From positions 3,905 to 67,904 of the forward strand of contig DAOUDG010000031.1 of the NCBI GenBank assembly GCA_034431435.1: 64,000 nt of DNA. The letters are read 5' to 3'. Source of the stretch: Anaerolineae bacterium. Its GTDB lineage: Bacteria; Chloroflexota; Anaerolineae; Epilineales; JAHCIE01. Both the position numbers and the translations under genes were made by a program. The notes below the pieces were generated by a model. The model had not been told where the DNA came from and ran no database searches. It was given only the letters and a program-made list of their open reading frames with translations. Of this stretch, positions 1 to 10,118 are shown piece by piece (the first letter of the stretch is position 1; every line of letters begins with the position of its first letter).

Positions 1-594
1 CTGTACCGCACACGGGTCAGTGGCCCGCGCCCACCCGCGCCGCTGGTCGTGCGCCACGTCCGCGACCGGGTGCAGGTATTTGCTGACGGCGTGGAGGCTG
101 GCGTACTGGAGCGAGAGTTCCCCCAACAGGGAGTTGAGCTGGCCGTGCCCCCCGGCGGGCTATCCCTCGACCTGCTGGTCGAGAATATGGGGCGCGTCAA
201 CTACGGCCCCGACCTGCTCGACCGCAAGGGCATCGGTGATGGCGTCCTCCTCGGCGGGCAATACCTGGCCGATTGGGATATCTACCCGTTGCCGCTGGAT
301 GATCTGAGTCGCCTGCGCTTCGGCCCATTGGCGGCGACAGGGCCGCGCTTCTTTCGCGGCGTGTTCGATGTCGATGCCCCTGCCGACACCTACCTTGCCC
401 TGCCCGGCTGGACCAAGGGCGTCGCGTGGCTCAATAACTTCAACCTCGGCCGCTACTGGCGGCGCGGCCCGCAGCAGACCCTCTACATTCCGGCGCCACT
501 ACTGAAGCGAGGGCGCAACGAACTCGTTATCTTCGAGTTGCACGCGGCGGCGCGACCCGTAGTCGAGCTGCGCGACAGGTCAGACTTGGGGTAG
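1..594 (+). CDS. Glycoside hydrolase family 35 beta-galactosidase, C-terminal fragment (5' end outside window)
   Basis: Frame of ORF 49..594 is open back to the window edge. C-terminal motif ...WLNNFNLGRYW...LYIPAPLL... matches the GH35 beta-galactosidase C-terminal jelly-roll region. Confidence 0.6.
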   Translation: MYRTRVSGPRPPAPLVVRHVRDRVQVFADGVEAGVLEREFPQQGVELAVPPGGLSLDLLVENMGRVNYGPDLLDRKGIGDGVLLGGQYLADWDIYPLPLDDLSRLRFGPLAATGPRFFRGVFDVDAPADTYLALPGWTKGVAWLNNFNLGRYWRRGPQQTLYIPAPLLKRGRNELVIFELHAAARPVVELRDRSDLG

Positions 595-597
595 ACC

Positions 598-1359
598 ATG
601 AGCGAGTGGAACGCGGCCCACTATGACAGTGGCTACAGCTTCGTCTGGAAGCACGGTCGCGGCGCGCTAGACATGCTGGACCCGCAGCCCGGCGAGCGCG
701 TCCTGGACCTCGGCTGCGGCACCGGCCACCTGACCCACCAGATTGCCGCGACGGGCGCTGAGGTCGTCGGTATCGACAGCGCGCCTGACATGATTCGCGC
801 CGCGCGCCAGGCCTACCCCGACCTGCGCTTCGAGGTCGCTGATGCCGCCGACTACGTGGCCGACGCGCCCTTTGATGCCGTGTTCTCCAACGCCGCGCTG
901 CACTGGATGCGCCCGCCGTCGCGCGTCGCCGCCCGCATCGCGGCCGCCCTCAAGCCCGGCGGTCGGCTGGTGGCCGAGATGGGTGGTCACGGCAACATCC
1001 AGGCCATCCTTGACGCTCTGTATCCGGCGCTACGCGCTGTCGGCTACGAATCGCCCGAAGAGTTGAACCCGTGGTACTTTCCCAGCATTGGCGAGTACGC
1101 CGCGCTGCTGGAGCGCCATAGCCTTGCGGTCAACTTCGCCGCCCTGTTTGACCGCCCGACACAACTGGAGGGCGGCGAGGCCGGCATGCGCCACTGGCTG
1201 GACATGTTCGCGGGCACGCTCCTCGCCCCCCTCGACGTGGCGCAGCGCGAACATGTCGTGGCCCAGGTGGAACGCGACTTGCGGCCGCACCTCTGCGAGG
1301 GTGGGACCTGGGTGGCCGACTATCGGCGGCTGCGGATTACGGCAACGCGGGAGAGGTGA
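598..1359 (+). CDS. Class I SAM-dependent methyltransferase (Tam-like)
   Basis: 253 aa; motif I VLDLGCGTGHLT. Follows the previous stop by 3 nt. Confidence 0.8.
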   Translation: MSEWNAAHYDSGYSFVWKHGRGALDMLDPQPGERVLDLGCGTGHLTHQIAATGAEVVGIDSAPDMIRAARQAYPDLRFEVADAADYVADAPFDAVFSNAALHWMRPPSRVAARIAAALKPGGRLVAEMGGHGNIQAILDALYPALRAVGYESPEELNPWYFPSIGEYAALLERHSLAVNFAALFDRPTQLEGGEAGMRHWLDMFAGTLLAPLDVAQREHVVAQVERDLRPHLCEGGTWVADYRRLRITATRER

Positions 1360-1363
1360 GTCT

Positions 1364-1645
1364 ATGCTGTCCCAAGACATCGTGCTCACGATCGTGCCCA
1401 TCCTAAAGCGGCACGCTGTCAGCCACGCCTCGATTTTCGGCTCCTACGCGCGAGGGGCGGCGACAGCAGACAGCGATATCGATCTTCTGGTCGACTTGCC
1501 GCCCTCCAAGAGTTTGCTCGACCTGGTTGACCTGAAGCTAGAACTGGAAGATGCGTTGGGGCGCTCCGTGGATGTGCTCACGTATCGGTCACTCCATCCG
1601 CTCATCCGAGAAGGTGTGCTAGCCGAGCAGGTCACCATCCTATGA
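1364..1645 (+). CDS. MntA-like nucleotidyltransferase (antitoxin of a HepT/MntA-type TA pair)
   Basis: ATG at 1364 preceded by GGAGAGG. GS-x-ARG...DSDIDLLVDL minimal nucleotidyltransferase motif; 93 aa. Confidence 0.7.
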   Translation: MLSQDIVLTIVPILKRHAVSHASIFGSYARGAATADSDIDLLVDLPPSKSLLDLVDLKLELEDALGRSVDVLTYRSLHPLIREGVLAEQVTIL

Positions 1646-1884
1646 ATCCCACGGTCCGCGTCTTTCTTGAGCACATCCTGGAGAGCAGTCAGATCATTCA
1701 GGAGTATGTGTCGAGCATGACGAAGGAGGCGTTTCTGACCTCGCGCCAGGCCCAGGACGCTGTCATTCGACGATTAGAAATCATCGCAGAGGCGGATTAT
1801 GATCTGACGTGGACCATCACTCAAAAGAACATTCCAGAGCTTGAGCTGCATGTTCAGCGAATACTCGCCGAGTCGGAAGGGTAA
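1642..1884 (+). CDS. HepT-like (DUF86) protein, apparently truncated or degenerate
   Basis: ATGA overlap with the MntA-like gene. Central ...AVIRRLEIIAEA... resembles the HepT core, but the protein is only 80 aa and lacks the C-terminal R-x4-HxY catalytic motif. Locally AT-richer DNA. Confidence 0.5.
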   Translation: MNPTVRVFLEHILESSQIIQEYVSSMTKEAFLTSRQAQDAVIRRLEIIAEADYDLTWTITQKNIPELELHVQRILAESEG

Positions 1885-1886
1885 GC

Positions 1887-3278
1887 ATGACCCGCACTGA
1901 GATGATTGAGGCGCTCGAAACCATCTTTGGCGTTGCCAACGTCCTGCACCGTCCGGCCGACCTGCTCGCCTACGAGTACGACGCCACCATCTTTCGCGGC
2001 CAGCCGGCCGTCGTCGTCTTTCCCACGGCCACCGAGCAACTGGTCAGGCTGGTCGAACTGAGCCGCCGCAGTGGCGTGCCCTACGTGGCGCGCGGCGCGG
2101 GCACAGGTCTGGCGGGCGGCTCGGTCCCGCCCGACGGCGGCATCGTTGTCGCCTTCTCCAAGATGAACCGCATCCTGGACATCGACGCCCCCAACCGCCG
2201 CGCCATTGTCGAGCCAGGCGTCGTCAACCTGCACCTCAAGAACGCTCTGGCCCCGCTGGGCTTGACCTACGCTCCCGACCCCGCCTCGCAAAAAGTTTCG
2301 ACCCTCGGCGGCAACGTCGCCAACAACGCGGGCGGTCCCTTCTGCCTCAAGTACGGCGTGACCACCAACCACATCGTCGGTCTGGAGGTCGTGCTGCCCA
2401 GCGGCAAGGTCGTCACCCTGGGCGGCAAGGCCCCCGACGCCCCCGGCTACGACCTGGTGGGCCTGTTCGTCGGCGCGGAGGGAACGCTCGGTCTCGTGAG
2501 CAAGATCGTAGTACGCCTCTCGCCCCTGCCCGAGGCCCACAAGACCATGACCGCCGTCTTCCCCAGGCTCCGCGACGGCGCGCAGGCTGTCTCCGACATC
2601 ATCGCTCGCGGCATTATCCCGGCCGCGCTGGAGATGCTCGACCGCTCGGCCATTCGCATCACCGAGGACGCCATCAAGGTCGGCCTGCCGCTGGACGTGG
2701 ACGCCCTGCTGCTGATCGAATTGCAGGGACCACCCCAGGGTATGAACCGCCAGGCCCAGGAGATCGTCGACATCTGCTGGGCCAGCGGGGCCAGTGACGT
2801 CCAGGTGGCCCGCTCCGAGGCCGAGCGGGAACGACTGTGGGTAGCCCGCCGCAACGCCTTCGGCGCGATGGCGAAGCTGCGCCCCAACTGCTACATCGCC
2901 GATGGCACGGTTCCACGCACGAAGCTGCCCGACGTGCTCGAAGCCGTGTACGCCATCGCCGACCGCTACGGGCTGACCCTGGCCAGCATGTTCCACGCCG
3001 GCGACGGCAACCTGCACCCCAACATCCTCTTCGACGCTCGCGACGCAGAGGAGACCGAGCGCGTCTTCAAGGCGTCCACCGAGATGCAGCAGGTATGCAT
3101 CGCCGCCGGTGGCACCATCACCGGCGAGCATGGCGTGGGCATCGAGAAGCGCGAGGATATGGCCCGCCTGTTCGACGCCGAGACGCTGGAGGCGATGGCC
3201 CGCCTCAAGCGCGCCTTCGACCCTGACAGCCTGTGCAACCCGCGCAAGATGTTTCCCAGCGTGGTACGAGGGGTGTGA
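1887..3278 (+). CDS. FAD-linked oxidase, glycolate oxidase subunit GlcD / D-lactate dehydrogenase family
   Basis: 463 aa; FAD-binding PCMH domain (AVVVFPTATEQL...RGAGTGLAGG) and C-terminal FAD-oxidase domain (GTITGEHGVGIEKR). Confidence 0.85.
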   Translation: MTRTEMIEALETIFGVANVLHRPADLLAYEYDATIFRGQPAVVVFPTATEQLVRLVELSRRSGVPYVARGAGTGLAGGSVPPDGGIVVAFSKMNRILDIDAPNRRAIVEPGVVNLHLKNALAPLGLTYAPDPASQKVSTLGGNVANNAGGPFCLKYGVTTNHIVGLEVVLPSGKVVTLGGKAPDAPGYDLVGLFVGAEGTLGLVSKIVVRLSPLPEAHKTMTAVFPRLRDGAQAVSDIIARGIIPAALEMLDRSAIRITEDAIKVGLPLDVDALLLIELQGPPQGMNRQAQEIVDICWASGASDVQVARSEAERERLWVARRNAFGAMAKLRPNCYIADGTVPRTKLPDVLEAVYAIADRYGLTLASMFHAGDGNLHPNILFDARDAEETERVFKASTEMQQVCIAAGGTITGEHGVGIEKREDMARLFDAETLEAMARLKRAFDPDSLCNPRKMFPSVVRGV

Positions 3279-3279
3279 C

Positions 3280-4215
3280 ATGCGTATCGTGGTCATTGGG
3301 GCGGGTGGGATCGGCGCGTACTATGGCGCACGCCTTGCCGCGGCGGGCGAGGACGTGGTGTTCGTGGCGCGCGGGGAAAATCTCCAGGCGTTGCGCACGG
3401 GCGGCCTGCGCGTCATCAGTCCGCTAGGCGACCTGAGCCTGCCCCACGTCCAGGCCACCGACGCCCCAGCCCCGGTTGACCCGGTCGACCTCGTGCTGTT
3501 CTGTGTCAAGACCTACGGAACCAGCGACGCCCTGGCCTTGCTGCCGCCCCTGGTCAGCCCCGCGACCGCTGTTATCTCGCTGCAAAATGGCCTCGACGCC
3601 GCCGACCACCTGGCCGCCGTCGTGGGCCGCGAGCATGTCCTGGGCGGGCTGACCGCCATCTCGGCGCAGTTGGTCGCGCCTGGCGAGGTGCGCCATAGCA
3701 GCGCCTTCGCCCGCGTAACCCTCGGTGAGCTGGACAGCCCATCCTCGCCCCGCGCCGAGGCCATCGTTGCCGCATTCCGGGCGGCGGGCGTCGAAGCCGC
3801 TGTGTCCGACGACATCCAGCGTGACCTGTGGCTCAAGTTCATGTTCATCGCCGTCCACGGCCCGCTGACCGCGCTGACCCGCCAACCCCTGGGCGCGATT
3901 CGCGACTTCCCCCCGGCCTGGCAGCTTTACCAGGCCGCGGTGCGCGAGGTCGAAGCCGTGGCTCGCGCGCGCGGCGTGCGCCTGCCGCCCGACGCGGTCG
4001 ATAGCCTCGTCGCCAACGTCGCCAGCATCGCGCCTGGGATGCGCTCGTCTATGGCCGCCGATTTCGAGCATGGGCGACGGCTGGAAAACGAGGACTTCAG
4101 CGGCACGGTGGTACGCCTCGGCGAGGCGGCAGGCGTACCCACGCCCGTCCACGGTGTGCTATACGCCCTGCTAGGCGCCGCCGACCGGCGGGCGGCAACT
4201 ATGGCCCAATATTGA
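3280..4215 (+). CDS. 2-dehydropantoate 2-reductase family (ApbA/PanE) NAD(P)-dependent oxidoreductase
   Basis: ATG at 3280 (GTGACATG coupling to the upstream stop). N-terminal MRIVVIGAGGIGAYYGARL Rossmann motif; 311 aa. The longer ORF 3109..4215 in the track overlaps glcD and is rejected. Confidence 0.75.
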   Translation: MRIVVIGAGGIGAYYGARLAAAGEDVVFVARGENLQALRTGGLRVISPLGDLSLPHVQATDAPAPVDPVDLVLFCVKTYGTSDALALLPPLVSPATAVISLQNGLDAADHLAAVVGREHVLGGLTAISAQLVAPGEVRHSSAFARVTLGELDSPSSPRAEAIVAAFRAAGVEAAVSDDIQRDLWLKFMFIAVHGPLTALTRQPLGAIRDFPPAWQLYQAAVREVEAVARARGVRLPPDAVDSLVANVASIAPGMRSSMAADFEHGRRLENEDFSGTVVRLGEAAGVPTPVHGVLYALLGAADRRAATMAQY

Positions 4216-4255
4216 CACGGCTGACAGTCACCTTGCAATTCACCTGGAGTATTCC

Positions 4256-4816
4256 GTGCCTGACGAGAAATACAACCCGATTCATCCCAAATACCGTCCG
4301 GCCCACGAGGAGCCGCCGTCCCGCGAGAAGAAATGGCAGGACGCCATCGACGAGCGGATTCGCGAGGCCCAGGAGCGCGGCGACTTCGACAACCTGCGCG
4401 GCAAGGGCAAGCCTCTGGACCTGCGCGGTAACCCCTACGCCGGCGACTGGGAGATGGCCTACAACGCGATGGCCAACGCGGGCTATGTCCCCGATTGGAT
4501 CGACCGCGACAAGGAGATTCGTCAGTTGCAGGCGGAGGCCGACGGCGCGCTGGAGCGGCACATCGCCTGGCACAACCAGGCTGTCGCCGACCTGGAGGAG
4601 ATGCCCCCGGCCCAGCGCACTCAACGGCGGCAGTTGATTGTCGAGGCGCACGCCTCGGCCGCCAATCGCTATCGGACGCGAGCCAGGACCATCAATGCCA
4701 AGATTCTCGACTTCAATCTGCTGTGCCCGATAGCGGCTCTGCATAAGTTCAGCCTGCGCCCCGACGAGATCATCGCCCACTTCGAGGCGCGCCTCACGCC
4801 CGTGCCCGACGCCTAG
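4256..4816 (+). CDS. DUF1992 (DnaJ-homolog subfamily C28-like) domain protein
   Basis: GTG start with GGAG upstream. Signature ERIREAQERGDFDNLRGKGKPLDL. Confidence 0.65.
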   Translation: MPDEKYNPIHPKYRPAHEEPPSREKKWQDAIDERIREAQERGDFDNLRGKGKPLDLRGNPYAGDWEMAYNAMANAGYVPDWIDRDKEIRQLQAEADGALERHIAWHNQAVADLEEMPPAQRTQRRQLIVEAHASAANRYRTRARTINAKILDFNLLCPIAALHKFSLRPDEIIAHFEARLTPVPDA

Positions 4817-4859
4817 CCGCCGCATCTATCGCCCCCCTACCTGGAGAGTTCGTCGCCGT

Positions 4860-5648
4860 ATGCCTGACTTCGCCTATGATCTTGACCCCTGGCTACTGGG
4901 TATCCTGACCGTCGCCATCGTCGTCATTCCATCGCTTATGGGTCTTGTGCTCTTCCGCCGCTTCGTCGCCCCCCGCCTCAACTTCGACGTCGATGTCAAC
5001 GACGCCGCGGGCGCGGCCATCCAGGCCATCGGCGTCTTCTATGGTATCACCGTCGGCCTGCTCGCCGTGGGCGTCTGGACCACCCACGCCGACCTCGAAG
5101 ACCTGGTCTCCCAGGAAGCGGCCGCCATCGCTGCGCTCTACCGGGACATAGCCGCCTACCCCGACCCGCCTCGGCAGGCGTTACAGGCGCAGCTACGAGA
5201 GTATACCCAGGCGGTCATCGACATAGACTGGCCTGCGCAGACCCGGGGGACGCTTCCAGATGACAGCACCGATATCCTGAATCGTTTCCAGGCAGTGCTC
5301 ACCGACTTCGAACCAACTACGCAGGGCGACGCGATCTTCCACGCGGAGGCGCTCCGGCAGTACAACAACGTCGTCACGTACCGACGAGAACGCGCTGACT
5401 CGGTGGGGGATGGCCTGGCCGGATCGATGTGGGCGGTCATCTGGTTGGGAGCCATCATCAATCTTGGTGTAGCCTACTTCCTGACGGTCGATGATGTGCG
5501 CATCCATGCCGCGCTCGTCGGCCTGATTGCAGCCTTCATCGGCCTGGTCATCTTCGTCATTGCCGTCAACGATGATCCATTTCGCGGCTCACTGGGCATT
5601 GATGCCCACGACTACCAACTCGTCGTCGACAGGGTCATGAATAGGTGA
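4860..5648 (+). CDS. DUF4239-family integral membrane protein
   Basis: 262 aa; N- and C-terminal TM helices flanking a soluble helical region. A paralog sits at 45625..46410. Confidence 0.5.
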   Translation: MPDFAYDLDPWLLGILTVAIVVIPSLMGLVLFRRFVAPRLNFDVDVNDAAGAAIQAIGVFYGITVGLLAVGVWTTHADLEDLVSQEAAAIAALYRDIAAYPDPPRQALQAQLREYTQAVIDIDWPAQTRGTLPDDSTDILNRFQAVLTDFEPTTQGDAIFHAEALRQYNNVVTYRRERADSVGDGLAGSMWAVIWLGAIINLGVAYFLTVDDVRIHAALVGLIAAFIGLVIFVIAVNDDPFRGSLGIDAHDYQLVVDRVMNR

Positions 5649-5990
5649 CCCTGAGCGGCCACCCCGCTCGCCTCATTCTCGGCGGCGACGACACGCCGGC
5701 CATCCATCTGAGCGAGGCGGCGCAGAGCCAGATAGCCAGCAGGTCGGGCTGGAAATGGTGGCGCGGCTGGCAGGGCAGGCGCACGCCGCGCCGCCGTCGC
5801 CTACACTGGCCGCCGCGTTTGCCTTGCGCTCCGCTCACAACTATACTACGTTTGTAGGCATCGCCTTCCCCACGCACCAGCCATCTCCCCGCCTATCATT
5901 GGCCTGTTCCGCCTGTCGGCGCCCGACCGACGGGGCGGCAGCGCCTGTCCCTGCCCTAGCAACCCCCTCACGTAGAAAGCCAGGCACCGG

Positions 5991-7355
5991 ATGTTGGAGC
6001 GCCTGCGACGCCAGGGAGCGGGTGGCCTCGCCCCGTTCCTTGTAGCGCTAATCATGGTGGCCGTGACCCTCGTCGCTGGCTGGCTCCCTCGAGCCACGCC
6101 CCAGCCGACCAGCCGCACCTCGCCCGCTGGCCCTGCGACGCCAGAGCCGCCGCCCACCAGCGTGGCCGCCGCCACGGCTGGAGCGTTCACAGCCACGGCG
6201 ATCGTGACGCGCGCCGTCGCCACCGCCCCGGCCACCCCGTTGCCCAGCCACGCCGCGCTACCGCCGCGTCGCGCTGTGCTGGACGTGCCCGTCCTGTCAG
6301 CGGCGGCGCTACCGACGGATACGATGCCCCTCCGCCCCTCAATCACGCCGACGCTACAGATCCCCGGCAGCCGCCTGCTGGACTCGGTCGGCCAGGTCTT
6401 CCAGACCCTGAACAACTGCGGCCCGGCCTCAGTGGCGATGGTGCTCGCCTACTACGGCCATTCGGTCAGCCAGGCTGAGGCGCAGGCTTCGCTGCGGCCC
6501 GACCCCGACGAGTGGGGCATGCTGCCCGATGTCGTCGCCCCCTACGTCGAGCAGTTCGGGCTGGACACGCGCGTCCTGGACCACGGAACGCCCGCTGACC
6601 TCAAGACTCTGCTCAACCAGGGCGTGCCGGTCATCGTCACCCAGTGGCTCAGCGAGGCCGATCCGATTCCCCACTACCGGGTCATCGTCGGCTACGACGA
6701 CGTCGCGCAGGCATTCATCGTCAACGACGGCGTGCTTGGCTTCGGGCAGACTATCCCCTACGGCGATTTCGAGGGCCTGTGGGATGTATATGCAAACCTG
6801 TATCTGCCGGTCTTCCCCAAGACCGACGCGGCCCAGCTGCACGCGCTGCTGGGGAGCCAATGGGATCGCACCGTCAGCATTGTATCTCAGTCGGCGTCGC
6901 GGCCGGCCTGGGACGAGTTCCTGCGCGCGGGTGGCCTGAGCGCGCCAGCGCCGACGCCGGATGGCGAGACCCCGACGCCCACGCCAGCGCCGACGCGCAC
7001 GCCCAACACCCGCGCCGAGACGGCCTGGCCGCTGACGAAGGATAAGGCCGAGGCCGGGGAGTTGGTCGGCTCCACGGGTGGCGCGTACCTCTTCTACAGC
7101 GTTACCCTCGACAAGGACACCCAGGACAACGGGCACATCGACCTGCGCTACACGCCGGATGATCCCGCCATCGGGCATAGCCTCGGCGTCAAGCTCTATG
7201 ACGCCCGTGGCGATGTGATCGGCGAGGCCGTGAATACCAGTGGCCTGGTCGGCACGCGCAGCGTCGCGCTGCCAGGCAGGGCGGGCACATATCTCGTGCA
7301 GGTGTACAACTACCTGCCTGACGTGCAACTGGAGTTCAGCCTCACCTACAAGTAG
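5991..7355 (+). CDS. Membrane-anchored C39-like cysteine peptidase domain protein with Pro/Thr linker and C-terminal PPC-like beta-sandwich
   Basis: N-terminal TM helix; NNCGPASVAMVLAYYG catalytic-Cys region typical of peptidase_C39-like domains. PAPTPDGETPTPTPAPTRTP linker. C-terminal ~110 aa pre-peptidase-like domain. Confidence 0.6.
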   Translation: MLERLRRQGAGGLAPFLVALIMVAVTLVAGWLPRATPQPTSRTSPAGPATPEPPPTSVAAATAGAFTATAIVTRAVATAPATPLPSHAALPPRRAVLDVPVLSAAALPTDTMPLRPSITPTLQIPGSRLLDSVGQVFQTLNNCGPASVAMVLAYYGHSVSQAEAQASLRPDPDEWGMLPDVVAPYVEQFGLDTRVLDHGTPADLKTLLNQGVPVIVTQWLSEADPIPHYRVIVGYDDVAQAFIVNDGVLGFGQTIPYGDFEGLWDVYANLYLPVFPKTDAAQLHALLGSQWDRTVSIVSQSASRPAWDEFLRAGGLSAPAPTPDGETPTPTPAPTRTPNTRAETAWPLTKDKAEAGELVGSTGGAYLFYSVTLDKDTQDNGHIDLRYTPDDPAIGHSLGVKLYDARGDVIGEAVNTSGLVGTRSVALPGRAGTYLVQVYNYLPDVQLEFSLTYK

Positions 7356-7594
7356 CGCCGGGCGATGCGCGCGAACGGCGAGTGTCGAGCCGGAGTTGCG
7401 CCAGCCTCACGATAAGCACATGCAAGGCCAGGCCCACCCCACAGGTGAACCTGGCCTTTTGTCGTCACCCCAACAATCTCCCCGTAGCTTCTTAACAATG
7501 TCTGAAGATTGGCTGGCTATGATAGGGCCACGACGCAAAGACGCGCCATCGCCTACGATGGTCGAGGCATCATTCAAGTGAAGGAGAGATACAA

Positions 7595-9259
7595 ATGGCA
7601 ACCGTAACTGCTCCGGGTACGCGTGTGAACCGACGGGTGAGTAAGAGCCGCTGGTGGTTGTGGCTGACGCTGCTGGCGCTGCTGGGCGTTGGCGCCTACT
7701 TTGGCTACCAGCGCTACCAGGCCCAGACGACGGCGGTGGCGACCACCATTCAGACCGCCCAGGTTACCAGGGGCGACATCACCACAACGGTCGCGGCGAC
7801 TGGCAACATCCAGCCGGTCACGCAGACCGATCTCAATGTTCATACCAGCGGCACGGTCCAGACGCTGGCGAAGCTCGGTGACAGCGTCAAGAAAGGCGAC
7901 ACGGTCCTCCAGCTCGATACCACGGACCTGGGGTTGGCGGTCAAGACGGCCGAGACCAACCTGGAGTCGGCTCAACTCAAGCTGGAGCAGGCCAGGCAAG
8001 GGGCGACCGAGGCCGAACTCGCCGCCTCGCAGGCGAAGGTAGACGCAGCACAGGCGGCGCTGAACGGCCTGTACAGCGGCGCGACGGCGTCCGACCTGGC
8101 CACTGCCCAGTCCAGGCTGCGCACCGCGCAGATCAACCTCGACCAGGCCCAGGCCGGCCCGACCGAGATCGCGATCGCCAACGCGCAGAACAAGGTCGAG
8201 CAGGCCAAGAACAGCCTGTGGAGCGCGCAATCCAACCGCGACTCCATCTGCGGCCGCGTCAAGGATGGCGACCAGGACTCGAGCTGCCAGGGCGCGCGCG
8301 CCTCGGTGAACAATGCCGAACTGGCCGTTCAGACGGCCGCGAATGATCTGGCGACGCTGCTGGCAGGTCCCGACGCCAACGACGTAGCCGTGGCGCAGGA
8401 GAGCGTGAACCAGGCGCAGGCGTCGCTGGCCGCGCTGCAGCAGGGTCCGACGGCCGAGAATGTCGCCTCCGCCAGGTCCAACCTCGTGCAGGCCCAGTCG
8501 AGCCTGGCAACCTTACAGGCCGGCCCCGACCCGCTGACCGTTCAGCAGGCCGAGGTGGCTGTGCGCCAGGCGCAGGCCAACGTCGACGAGGCCAAGGTCA
8601 AGCTCTCGCAGGCCGCGATTACCGCCCCCTACGATGGCATCATCACCGAGGTCAACACGGCGGTCGGCGCGACAGTGACGACGAATAGCGCGCCGCTCCA
8701 GATCACCGACTTCGCCAATCTGCAAATCCAGAGCCCGGTGTCGGAGATGGACCGCCCCAAGATCAAGGTGGGGCAGGCTGTGAACATCACGGTCGAGGCG
8801 CTGCCCAACGTCACTCTGAAGGGTGAGGTCACCAGCATCAGCCCCACGGCGAGCGTGACGAGCGGCGTCGTAAACTACCCCGTGACGATCAAGGTGACCC
8901 AGAGCGACGACCGCCTGGCGTCGGGCATGACGGCCGCCCTGGCGATTGTCACCGACAGCAAGACGGGTGTGCTGAAGGTCCCCGCCAAGGCCATCCAGAC
9001 CGTCAACAACCAGAAGGTGCTGAATGTCCAGCGCGGCGACCAGATCGTGCAGGTGCCGGTGACGGTGGGCAGCGCGGATAGCTCCAACACCGAGATCAGC
9101 GGCGAGGTGCAGGCGGGCGACGTCGTCATCATCGGCAGCGTGAGCGGAACGAGCAACGGGTCGACCACCACGACGACCACCACCACCAACCGCCAGGGCG
9201 GCATGGGCGTGCCCGGCATGATGGGCCCCGGCGCTGGTGGCCCCCCGCCAAGCCCGTGA
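7595..9259 (+). CDS. HlyD/MacA-family periplasmic adaptor subunit with extended repetitive coiled-coil hairpin and poly-Thr/Gly-Pro tail
   Basis: RBS GAAGGAG. N-terminal TM anchor, beta-barrel/lipoyl motifs ([19 protein letters not shown]...), six ~26-aa A/Q-rich repeats, C-terminal membrane-proximal domain, tail [31 protein letters not shown]. Confidence 0.85.
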   Translation: MATVTAPGTRVNRRVSKSRWWLWLTLLALLGVGAYFGYQRYQAQTTAVATTIQTAQVTRGDITTTVAATGNIQPVTQTDLNVHTSGTVQTLAKLGDSVKKGDTVLQLDTTDLGLAVKTAETNLESAQLKLEQARQGATEAELAASQAKVDAAQAALNGLYSGATASDLATAQSRLRTAQINLDQAQAGPTEIAIANAQNKVEQAKNSLWSAQSNRDSICGRVKDGDQDSSCQGARASVNNAELAVQTAANDLATLLAGPDANDVAVAQESVNQAQASLAALQQGPTAENVASARSNLVQAQSSLATLQAGPDPLTVQQAEVAVRQAQANVDEAKVKLSQAAITAPYDGIITEVNTAVGATVTTNSAPLQITDFANLQIQSPVSEMDRPKIKVGQAVNITVEALPNVTLKGEVTSISPTASVTSGVVNYPVTIKVTQSDDRLASGMTAALAIVTDSKTGVLKVPAKAIQTVNNQKVLNVQRGDQIVQVPVTVGSADSSNTEISGEVQAGDVVIIGSVSGTSNGSTTTTTTTTNRQGGMGVPGMMGPGAGGPPPSP

Positions 9260-9353
9260 CCACGTACGACGCGACGAAGGACCAGGGGAACCGCATAGGA
9301 TGACGTCAACCTCTTGGTCCTTCGTCTTTGGTTCCTGGTCGATAGGAGACAGT

Positions 9354-10118
9354 ATGTTGCACCGAGTTATCGACATCGAGCACGCGACAAAACTCTATCA
9401 GATGGGGGATGTGGAAGTGCGGGCGCTACGCGGGGTGACGTGCCACGTCGAGCAGGGCGAGTTCGTCGCCATCACGGGGCCGAGCGGATCGGGCAAGTCC
9501 ACCCTCATGAACATCATCGGCTGCCTCGACCAGCCCACCGACGGCGCGTATCGCCTGGACGGCGTGGAGGTCGGCGACCTGAGCGACGACGAACTGGCCG
9601 CCATCCGCAACGAGAAGATCGGTTTCGTGTTCCAGAGCTTCAATCTGCTGCCCCGCGTGCCGGCCTGGAAGCAGGTGGCGCTGCCTCTCGTATACGCCGG
9701 GGCGAGTGACCGCCGCGAGCGGGCCGTGGCTGTCCTGGCAGAGGTGGGCCTGGGCGAGCGTCTCGACCACAAGCCCGCCGAGCTATCGGGCGGCCAGCAG
9801 CAGCGCGTCGCCATCGCTCGCGCCCTGGTCACCCAGCCGTCGCTGCTATTGGCTGACGAGCCGACGGGTAACCTCGACTCGAAGGCGGGCGCGGAAGTGA
9901 TGGGCATCTTCAAGCGGCTGAACCGCCAGCAGGGCCTGACGGTGGTGCTGGTTACCCACGATCCCGCCATCGCCGCCCAGGCCGACCGAACCATTCGCAT
10001 CTTTGACGGCATGGCCTACGACGCCCACGACACGATCCCCGTCGATGGCGAGCCTGTGGCGAGCGAGGCGCTGGTCGCGGTCCAGGTGGCCGTGGCTCAG
10101 AACGGGAGACACTCATGA
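9354..10118 (+). CDS. ABC transporter ATP-binding protein, MacB/DevA (lipoprotein-releasing-like) family
   Basis: ATG 9354 after GGAGAC. Walker [10 protein letters not shown], signature [15 protein letters not shown], Walker [13 protein letters not shown]. Confidence 0.9.
   Translation: MLHRVIDIEHATKLYQMGDVEVRALRGVTCHVEQGEFVAITGPSGSGKSTLMNIIGCLDQPTDGAYRLDGVEVGDLSDDELAAIRNEKIGFVFQSFNLLPRVPAWKQVALPLVYAGASDRRERAVAVLAEVGLGERLDHKPAELSGGQQQRVAIARALVTQPSLLLADEPTGNLDSKAGAEVMGIFKRLNRQQGLTVVLVTHDPAIAAQADRTIRIFDGMAYDAHDTIPVDGEPVASEALVAVQVAVAQNGRHS

Noticed and set aside
1854-3296. 480-aa minus-strand ORF entirely antisense to the glcD-like gene
   Set aside because: Ala/Arg/Gly/Val-rich low-complexity translation with no recognisable motifs, exactly overlapping a well-supported gene. 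This is the classic GC-rich shadow ORF.
3109-4215. Longer 368-aa version of the ApbA/PanE-family gene starting at 3109
   Set aside because: The upstream extension overlaps glcD by 170 nt and is Ala/Ser/Arg-rich. The ATG at 3280, directly in front of the Rossmann motif, is the credible start.
7492-7523. TTAACA ... TATGAT promoter-like hexamers upstream of the HlyD gene
   Set aside because: The spacer is 20 nt, too long for a confident sigma70-type call. A promoter probably exists in 7356..7594 but cannot be pinned down by eye.
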